IMG/VR virus record: IMGVR_UViG_3300007538_000026
Span: 1-64,000 of that record
Direction: 5' to 3' (one strand)
DNA length: 64,000 bases
Source: an uncultured virus (IMG/VR IMGVR_UViG_3300007538_000026)
Taxonomy: Duplodnaviria; Heunggongvirae; Uroviricota; Caudoviricetes
Numbering within the stretch: position 1 is the stretch's first letter; each line of letters begins with the position of its first letter. Positions 57,538-64,000 of this stretch are shown here, in pieces. A program made the position numbers and the translations under genes. The notes beneath the pieces are model-generated. The model was not told the DNA's origin. It saw only the letters and a list, made by a program, of their open reading frames with translations, and searched no databases.

Positions 57538-58586
57538 GGGGTACTCCTTCTTCGACTTCGTCGTGTCCAGGCAACGCCTGGTAGGGTGGCCAGCTGACCG
57601 ATGGTCTTGGCGTTTGTCACGGCAGCTGAGAGGTGAGTGGTGTCAAGGTCATCCGGGCTCGTTCCTTCGGGGGAACCGTCCGGGTAGAGGCAGACGTAGG
57701 CACGCCCACTTCGCGATAGGCGCTGTGCAATCCTTATCGCAGAACACCGCCGGTTTTTGTCCGGGTCGGGGAAGTAGACGCCCTTTCCAGGCTCGTGATC
57801 CAAGAGGACGTAGTAGGGTCCCCGGAGCCGTGTGATGAGGCGCTCCTGCTGCTTGGTCAGCGTGGAGCCCTGCAGGGCTACGGTGTGCGGGAAGCCGTGC
57901 TCTATGCACCACAGGCATCCCTTGTAGCCCTCGACGATGACCAGCGGCGGCCGCGCTCCCTCATCTGCGAAGAAGCGCGCGGCGTAGATGCGGTCGAAGG
58001 CGTACAGGTGCTTGCGGTTGGCCCCCGTGTAGCCGGGAACGATATCGTGGAACTCCTTCTCGTAGACGTAGTAGCGAGGCTCTACCCAGTCGTCGTAGGC
58101 GCGTCCGCTGATACCCACGAGCCTCCCGAGATAGTCTCGGATGGGGAAGGTGATGCGGTCGCGGCTCGCGTCATACCCGATGAACATCTCTTGGAGGATG
58201 TCTTCGGAGAAGCCCAGGTCGAGCATCTTGAGGGGGCACTGGTTGTAGGCGCCGAGCACGTACTCGGGCAGGACGTGCCACTCCCACCCCTGCTTCCCCT
58301 CCAGCTTCCGCTGGGCCAGTTCGGGCAGGGGAGGCGGGAGCCGCAGCTCCCCGATCTCCTGCTGTACGCGCTCTCCGGAGAGGCCCAGCTTGTAGAGGAG
58401 GTGGTAGACGGACCCGCCCGCGTGGCAGGAGAAGCAGGTCCAGCTCCCTTCCTTGGTGACGTAGAGCGAGCGCGAGGCTGACTTGGACTTGTGGAACGGG
58501 CACTCTGCACGCAGGTTCCCTTCACCAGAAGGGCGCACGTTGCGCAAGTAGCGCTCTGCCAGCCTCCTGATCTTGTCCGAGAGCAT
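57534..58586 (-). CDS. DnaG-like primase (CHC2 Zn finger plus TOPRIM)
   Basis: CPFH...CFSC, RITFPIRD...GRA, IVEGY, LDHE, PDD. Confidence 0.9.
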   Translation of the reverse strand: MLSDKIRRLAERYLRNVRPSGEGNLRAECPFHKSKSASRSLYVTKEGSWTCFSCHAGGSVYHLLYKLGLSGERVQQEIGELRLPPPLPELAQRKLEGKQGWEWHVLPEYVLGAYNQCPLKMLDLGFSEDILQEMFIGYDASRDRITFPIRDYLGRLVGISGRAYDDWVEPRYYVYEKEFHDIVPGYTGANRKHLYAFDRIYAARFFADEGARPPLVIVEGYKGCLWCIEHGFPHTVALQGSTLTKQQERLITRLRGPYYVLLDHEPGKGVYFPDPDKNRRCSAIRIAQRLSRSGRAYVCLYPDGSPEGTSPDDLDTTHLSAAVTNAKTIGQLATLPGVAWTRRSRRRSTP

Positions 58587-58595
58587 CGGCTTCGG

Positions 58596-59948
58596 CTATC
58601 CTCCAGTCGGCCGGCGAGGGGGCTTGAAGCTGCTCAGGTCCACCTTCGTGGGAATGTCCCCAGCGGGGGCGGCCCCTGTGCGCTTCTTGCTCTGCTCGGC
58701 AGACGTTTCGTTGGCGTTGTACTCTTCGACCCACGAGGTGTTGTCGGCTACGGCCTGGCCGAAGCCGTCACACAGGCGAGCGCTGATGGTGAGGGAGATC
58801 TCCTCGTTCATGCCACGAGCGGCGTTGGGGATGAGGGCGAGGAGGTCCTGTTGCTTGTTGCAGATGATGCGCAGCGCGAGGTCCACCTTGCGGGCGATGT
58901 GGTCCGACCAGGCGTGCTCCACCGAGCTGCGCCCACGGGTCTTGTCCCCTTCCCGGTTGGCGTGCCCGCAGATGATAGCCGGCAGCTTCGCCTTGGAGAT
59001 CAGGTAGGCCTTGAGCATGTCGATGGTGCGCGCCACGTAGACGTGCTCGCGTGCGTTGGACTTCTCGGCCATCGCATCGTCGGCCATCGCCTTCCAGTAG
59101 TCGTGGATGATGATGTGCGGCTTGACGTCCTCGACCTTGCCCTTGAACCCGCTCAGCCCACCTTCGACATCGGTGAAGATGAGCTTGCCTCGCGTCCGGA
59201 GGTCGCGGAGGAGCTGCTCTATGCGCTGCATCCCAGCGGGCGAGACGTCTCCCTTGAGCAGGCGCCCGTAGTCGAACTGCCCTCGGATAGCGATGACACG
59301 CCACTCCAGCTCTTCGGCGGTCATCTCCCGCGTGAAGAAGAGCACACGGAGGCCGAGAGCCTCATAGAACAGGGCGAGGAACAGCAGGAGGAAGGTCTTC
59401 CGGGTCTTGTGTCTCCCGTAGATGTAGATGAGGTTGCCAGGACAGAGCCCGGCCGAGTTGTTGTTGAACAGGTCCCAGGGCCAGGGGTAGCCCAGGAGGC
59501 CTTGCCCGGTCTGGAGACGCTCGAGCTTCTTGAAGATGGCGTCCGGATCGGACCCGACCACGAGGTCCGTGCGTCCCCGTTGGTTGAGTAGGTTGATCCG
59601 ATCGGCAGCGTCCACCAGGAACTTCTTGGCTGCCCAGGGATCGCCTACGTTGACCTCTGCCGTGCGGTGCAGAGCGTCGTCGATCTCGGAGCCGAGCTTG
59701 TAGGTCTGGAGCTCAGCGATGATGGCCGAGAGGCCGTCGGACGGGGTGTGGTGCTGGTAGGTGGGGCAGAGTCCCTGGAAGTAGGGGACGGACGGCACTT
59801 CGTGGTGGTTCTCGTAGTGCTCGGTGATCACGTCCCAGAACAGCTTGGCTTCGTCGCCGAGCAGCGAGGGATGCGCCCCCGCTTTCAGCGCCTCCGCCAA
59901 GTCTCTACTTTCCAGCACTGCTGCGACCAGCGCCAGATCGAGGTTCAT
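58596..59948 (-). CDS. DnaB-like replicative helicase
   Basis: GNLIYIYGRHKTRKT, FFTREM, IIIHDY, HANR, SD.I...D. Confidence 0.8.
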   Translation of the reverse strand: MNLDLALVAAVLESRDLAEALKAGAHPSLLGDEAKLFWDVITEHYENHHEVPSVPYFQGLCPTYQHHTPSDGLSAIIAELQTYKLGSEIDDALHRTAEVNVGDPWAAKKFLVDAADRINLLNQRGRTDLVVGSDPDAIFKKLERLQTGQGLLGYPWPWDLFNNNSAGLCPGNLIYIYGRHKTRKTFLLLFLALFYEALGLRVLFFTREMTAEELEWRVIAIRGQFDYGRLLKGDVSPAGMQRIEQLLRDLRTRGKLIFTDVEGGLSGFKGKVEDVKPHIIIHDYWKAMADDAMAEKSNAREHVYVARTIDMLKAYLISKAKLPAIICGHANREGDKTRGRSSVEHAWSDHIARKVDLALRIICNKQQDLLALIPNAARGMNEEISLTISARLCDGFGQAVADNTSWVEEYNANETSAEQSKKRTGAAPAGDIPTKVDLSSFKPPRRPTGG

Positions 59949-60030
59949 GCCTCCTCCGCGTACTGGACCCTCCCTGCTCTGCGCCGCAGGGGGTCCGCTG
60001 CTTCAGGTGAAGTGAGTGCGCAGCTCGCTG

Positions 60031-60059
60031 ACTCTAGAGGGCTGGGAGGAGACCGTCAA
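60031..60059 (-). promoter_or_regulatory. Sigma70-like promoter for the helicase-primase operon
   Basis: Minus strand TTGACG-N17-TAGAGT in the intergenic region. Confidence 0.6.
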
Positions 60060-60061
60060 CC

Positions 60062-60376
60062 CTATCCCGCAAAGGAGAGCCCCCCGCTGGGCTGCGGCGG
60101 TTCATCGAAGGGGTCGTCGTCGAGGGGCCGGTGGGCCGGCGGCGGGGTGTGCCGCGTCAGGTGTGCGGCCACGTCGTCCTCGATGGACTCCTTGAGGGCG
60201 TGCAGGATCTGCAGGGACCGCTCGCTCCATGCCCCGTAGGTGAGGAAGGAGACGGTGTTGCCGTTTGGGTCCATGAAGGACATCTTGGCGAGGGGGTTGA
60301 GCCCGCCGATGAAGCGAACGCGAAGCTCGCCCACCACGACGTGCGCGATGTCGTTGTTGGGGGGAATCTGGGCCAT
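60062..60376 (-). CDS. Hypothetical protein
   Basis: GGAGG RBS. MAQIPPNND... Confidence 0.6.
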   Translation of the reverse strand: MAQIPPNNDIAHVVVGELRVRFIGGLNPLAKMSFMDPNGNTVSFLTYGAWSERSLQILHALKESIEDDVAAHLTRHTPPPAHRPLDDDPFDEPPQPSGGLSFAG

Positions 60377-60377
60377 G

Positions 60378-60746
60378 TCAGCCTCCGCTGGAAGCGATGT
60401 CCGGGAAGAACTCGGCGACGATCTCGTCGCGCCGAGCGTGCAGCTCCGACTTGACGAAGTCCACGCAGTCTTGAAGGGCCGCGCGCTTCTCTGGCTCGGT
60501 AATCCCGCAAGGGACCGTGCACCAGGCCGTGACCTCGACCTTCTCTCGGGAGAACTCGGTCGAGGTGCCGATAGCGATGGAGATGCCGACGCTGGCAGGG
60601 TGCGGGGGGAGCGCCTTTCGCGGGTCGAGCGGAGGCGCCTCGGTCGGGCGAGCGATCTGGTGAGGAGGGGAGCCCGGGCGCCGGGCCGTGGCCACGGAGC
60701 CGCGCTTGCCCGAGTCGGGCGGGCGGCGGAACGGAGAGTCACTCAT
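60378..60746 (-). CDS. Hypothetical protein
   Basis: AAGGAG RBS, Pro-rich N-terminus. Confidence 0.6.
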   Translation of the reverse strand: MSDSPFRRPPDSGKRGSVATARRPGSPPHQIARPTEAPPLDPRKALPPHPASVGISIAIGTSTEFSREKVEVTAWCTVPCGITEPEKRAALQDCVDFVKSELHARRDEIVAEFFPDIASSGG

Positions 60747-61305
60747 CGGAGAGCTCCTTGATACGGATCTGAGGGTGCTTGCGGCGCGAGGTGCGCTTGA
60801 AGGGGGCGACGACGTCTTCCGTCAGGTCGCCCTGGGCCACGAGGCGGTCCACCAGGTCGGCGTCGATGACCTGGCGCACTACGGGGTCGCCGTCCACCTC
60901 GAGCGTGCGCAGCTCGGGGCACTGGACGAGCAGGCCGTCCGAGTAGGAGCTGTCCACCTGGATGCGCGACGAGGTGACCTGCCACGGGGTGTTGTCAGCC
61001 TCGAGGCGGAGGCCTGCGGCCAGGTCGGTGTCCGGGAGGGCGCGGATGTTCTCCTTGATGCGCTCTTCGGTGGCTGCGATCTCTTCGGTCACGGTGTCGA
61101 GGTCCTGGTAGGTGTCCAGTTCCTGCTCGCGCAGAAGGAGCTGCTCTTGAGCGATCTGGCCCTCGAGCAGGGAGATGTGATCGCGGAGCTCGCGCACCTT
61201 CGCCGCTCTGGCGTTGTCCTCCAGGTACTCCTCGATGTCGCGCCGTCTGCGGTGCAGCTTGGCGAGGGCCTGTAGGTCGTGTTCGATGGAAGTGGTGTCC
61301 GGCAC
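60739..61305 (-). CDS. Coiled-coil hypothetical protein
   Basis: GAGGAG RBS, helical N-half. Confidence 0.65.
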   Translation of the reverse strand: MPDTTSIEHDLQALAKLHRRRRDIEEYLEDNARAAKVRELRDHISLLEGQIAQEQLLLREQELDTYQDLDTVTEEIAATEERIKENIRALPDTDLAAGLRLEADNTPWQVTSSRIQVDSSYSDGLLVQCPELRTLEVDGDPVVRQVIDADLVDRLVAQGDLTEDVVAPFKRTSRRKHPQIRIKELSDE

Positions 61306-61306
61306 G

Positions 61307-62017
61307 TCACTCTCCTCGGGTGGGCAGGGTGGCCCCGGTGTAGATGTGGTGGTACATGTCGGCGGTCTGGAACGCCTTGAGCCAGGTACGGAAGGCGTGG
61401 TGGCGGTCGCTCCCGTGCTCCATGGCAGCGTTCTCGGGGCGCAGCAGGTACTGCATGGGGAAGCTCACGTAGGCCGTGCGCTTCACGAGCGTGCATTGGC
61501 CCTGCGTGTAGGCGTCGTAGGTGGGTACCGTCGGGTTGCGCGCCATGGAGGTGACGCTGGGGCGCACCTTGAGGAGCGCCTTGATGGCCGTGTTCCCGAG
61601 CACCAGGAGGACGTAGGGGTCGATGATCTCGATGACCCGGTGCAGCCGTGCCTGGCAGGCCTGCACCTCTTCCTTGGCCGCGGGCCTGTGCCGCAGGTAG
61701 CCGTCGTCCTCTGCGCGGGTGGCGCGGCAGCCTACGGCCTTGAGCAGGAACACCTCCGCTCGGCTGGAGTGCACGCCGGCGAGGTAGCTGTCGAGCAGGG
61801 CACCGTCGTTCCCGCTGAAGATCTTGCCCGAGGCGTCCTCGTGCTCGTCGGGAGCCTCGTCGATGATGACGACCTTCGCATCGGGGTTGCCGCTGCCGAA
61901 GACCATGTGACGTCGGTCGCGGCCTTCCGGGTGGGCCAGTGCGCACAGCTCGCAGGCAGCGTACTCTTCCCAGAGGGCCATGAGGAGGTCTTGCTTCTCC
62001 TGGGTGGGCATGGTCAT
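61307..62017 (-). CDS. Family-4 uracil-DNA glycosylase-like protein, divergent active site
   Basis: CELC.L...VFGSGNPDAKVVIIDEAPDEHEDASG..F.G..G.LLD...CR...C...L...I.IIDP...LG..A. Confidence 0.8.
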   Translation of the reverse strand: MTMPTQEKQDLLMALWEEYAACELCALAHPEGRDRRHMVFGSGNPDAKVVIIDEAPDEHEDASGKIFSGNDGALLDSYLAGVHSSRAEVFLLKAVGCRATRAEDDGYLRHRPAAKEEVQACQARLHRVIEIIDPYVLLVLGNTAIKALLKVRPSVTSMARNPTVPTYDAYTQGQCTLVKRTAYVSFPMQYLLRPENAAMEHGSDRHHAFRTWLKAFQTADMYHHIYTGATLPTRGE

Positions 62018-63372
62018 ACTGCGGGTCTCTCCTGAACAGCGTAGGGGTACTGGAAGCCGGCGAGGTGGTGCATGAGCTTGTTGCACATGTTTCGCGCGGA
62101 TGGGATCAAGTTGTCGTAGATGACCACGACGACAGGCGGCTTCTTCCCGGCGCATTTGCGCTGGATGCGCCCGATGATCTGGCGGAGGCGTCCTTCGTCT
62201 ACGAAGGGCATGCAGATGAAGATGGTGTCGAGGTCCTTGCGGTCGAGACCTTCCTTGGCCAGCGGTGTCGTAGCGAAGACGAGGTCGTAGCTCTGCAGGA
62301 TCTCTTCCCGGGCCTCTCCCTTCACGCCGCCGTAGATGAGCCCGTGTGGGGTGGGCCACTGGAAGGACGCCATGAACTTCAGGTGGTTGACCCGCTCCGA
62401 GAGCACGAGGGGCTTGCGCCCGTCCTGCACAGCGCCCCAGAGCATGTTGCAGATGATGTCGTTGCGCTCGGCGCAGTCGGCCAACCAGTTGTAGAGCTTG
62501 GCCAGGTTCGCCCCAGAGGACGTAGACATCGACGCCAGGTCTTCCTTCGTAGGGTTGATGTCCGTCTTCACGAAGAAGACTTCCGGTACGATGTCTGCTT
62601 GCATGCTCTCGAACAGCACCCCGCCGATGTGCGCCATGTAGAGCCGGTCGAGGCCATCGGCCCGCAGCGGCGTCCCGGACAGTCCCCAACGAACACCTCC
62701 GCAGAGGGGAGCCGTCGTGTTGAACCAGGGCGCTCCCAGGTGGTGCACCTCGTCGTAGACCGCGATCCCGAAGTGGTTCCGCATCTCGACGGGGAGGTCA
62801 TCGTACTTGGCTGCGAGGGTCTGAATCATGGCCAGGGTGACAGGCTTCTCCCAGTCCATGGTCGTCCCCTGGACGATGCCGATGTCCTCGCGCTCCAAGG
62901 ATGCGTGCTCCGTCAGGCGAGTGATCCACTGGTAGAGCAGGTCCTTGGTATGAACGACCACGAGCGCAGGCATGCCGAGCGCGGCCATGGCGTGAATGGC
63001 GACGACCGTCTTGCCCTTGCCTGGCAGCAAGGCGAGCACACCGTCCCCCTCGTCCACCATCGAGGCGTAGCCCATGCGCTGAATGGGCCCGCGGAGATCG
63101 TAGGTCAGGGGGCCGATCTCCACCTGGGGGAACCTCTTGGGCCGGATATCCACGATCTCGAAGTCGTACTGGTCCTCATCGCTGGGCGGGATGAATGCAC
63201 GAGGCACCACGAGGTGCGTGCTGGTGGTTCCCCAGGCACACACAGGCGCCTTGTCGGAGAGCGGGAAGGTCAGGGAGGCTTGGATACCCGCTCGGTTGGG
63301 TACGTGCTCCAGGGGCAGCCAGAGGTAGTCCCCTCGGTAGCCCTTGCGCGGGTCCATGCGGCGGTACTTCAT
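62014..63372 (-). CDS. SF2 DNA helicase (UvsW/A18/ResIII-like)
   Basis: PGKGKT, DEVHH, GLSGTP.R.DG, EGLD, QIIGRIQR. Confidence 0.9.
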   Translation of the reverse strand: MKYRRMDPRKGYRGDYLWLPLEHVPNRAGIQASLTFPLSDKAPVCAWGTTSTHLVVPRAFIPPSDEDQYDFEIVDIRPKRFPQVEIGPLTYDLRGPIQRMGYASMVDEGDGVLALLPGKGKTVVAIHAMAALGMPALVVVHTKDLLYQWITRLTEHASLEREDIGIVQGTTMDWEKPVTLAMIQTLAAKYDDLPVEMRNHFGIAVYDEVHHLGAPWFNTTAPLCGGVRWGLSGTPLRADGLDRLYMAHIGGVLFESMQADIVPEVFFVKTDINPTKEDLASMSTSSGANLAKLYNWLADCAERNDIICNMLWGAVQDGRKPLVLSERVNHLKFMASFQWPTPHGLIYGGVKGEAREEILQSYDLVFATTPLAKEGLDRKDLDTIFICMPFVDEGRLRQIIGRIQRKCAGKKPPVVVVIYDNLIPSARNMCNKLMHHLAGFQYPYAVQERPAV

Positions 63373-63770
63373 GGGCGACTCACTGCGGCGGTCAGCTTCT
63401 GCTCGAGGGCCTCCCGTAGCGCCTTGCGCTCCCGGGCGTCCAGCTGCAGGCGCAGGACGTTCTCGGCTTCGACGGCAGCCAGGGCTGCGATGTCTCTGAG
63501 CAGAACATCTGGGTGTGGAGAGAGGGTGACGTGGGCACGCACCTCGGGGTCGAGTTGGTGCTCGGCGAGGAGGCGCCAGGCGACCAAGCGCCTGTCGGGC
63601 GGAACCTCGAGGGCGTTGAGCAAGTACTCCAGCAGCTCCCCCGACGGGTAGGACGTTCCGAGGAAGATGCGGCGAATGTGCTCCGGGGACACGCCGACCC
63701 CGGCCGCTACTTCATGCTGGGCTATCCACGGGGCCTTGGCTGCCGCCAGTAGCTTCCCCAGGGTCGTCAT
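63369..63770 (-). CDS. XRE-family HTH protein
   Basis: QHEVAAGVGVSPEHIRRIFLG.SYPS...L..AL. ATGA coupling. Confidence 0.7.
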   Translation of the reverse strand: MTTLGKLLAAAKAPWIAQHEVAAGVGVSPEHIRRIFLGTSYPSGELLEYLLNALEVPPDRRLVAWRLLAEHQLDPEVRAHVTLSPHPDVLLRDIAALAAVEAENVLRLQLDARERKALREALEQKLTAAVSRP

Positions 63771-64000
63771 GACGTGCCCTGGTGGTACTTGGAGCCGAAG
63801 CGCCGACGTGTGAAGAAGTAGGCGACCTCGGCGGCGATCGCCTGCACCCCGGCTTCGACCATGCGCAGACCGAGGTCCTTCATGATGTCCCAGAACGAGG
63901 GGCGTTTCCACTTGCGCACTTCCCCCGGCTTCTGGGCGGCGACGGGAGCGTAGGCGGAGGGGCGGTCACCGTCGGCTTGACGGGGCGGCGTGGCGGCCGG
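63767..64000 (-). CDS. Partial CDS (C-terminus), hypothetical protein
   Basis: Frame open from the window end (...FWDIMKDLGLRMVEAG...GTS*). Its stop overlaps the next ATG. Confidence 0.5.
   Translation of the reverse strand, partial: PAATPPRQADGDRPSAYAPVAAQKPGEVRKWKRPSFWDIMKDLGLRMVEAGVQAIAAEVAYFFTRRRFGSKYHQGTS

Overview
This high-GC window looks like part of a large tailed phage genome or prophage, probably myovirus-like. No capsid, portal, terminase, sheath or integrase gene is recognisable here. Layout: (1) 1-5.7 kb holds small accessory and regulatory genes (MerR HTH, a degenerate GIY-YIG/T5orf172-HTH fusion, Zn ribbons, a KhpA-like KH protein). (2) 5.7-47 kb is a + strand virion block: tape-measure-like protein, hub, gp25-like and J-like baseplate proteins, Ig-like and fibre proteins, DUF2190-like decoration proteins and a sigma-70 factor. 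(3) 47-64 kb is a - strand replication/recombination block: RusA, tandem Cas4-like nuclease, PD-(D/E)XK resolvase, RecA, family A polymerase, gp32-like SSB, primase, DnaB, a divergent family-4 UDG and an SF2 helicase. The most striking unexplained pattern is a set of at least 8 otherwise dissimilar proteins in the virion block sharing a short F-x-x-E-L-x-K-I-A motif, mostly near the N-terminus. Carriers include a poxvirus D6/D11-like helicase, an HExxH metallopeptidase and several basic glycine-zipper proteins. This suggests a signal-directed virion cargo packaging or processing system. All protein family calls are by eye from motifs, with no database search.
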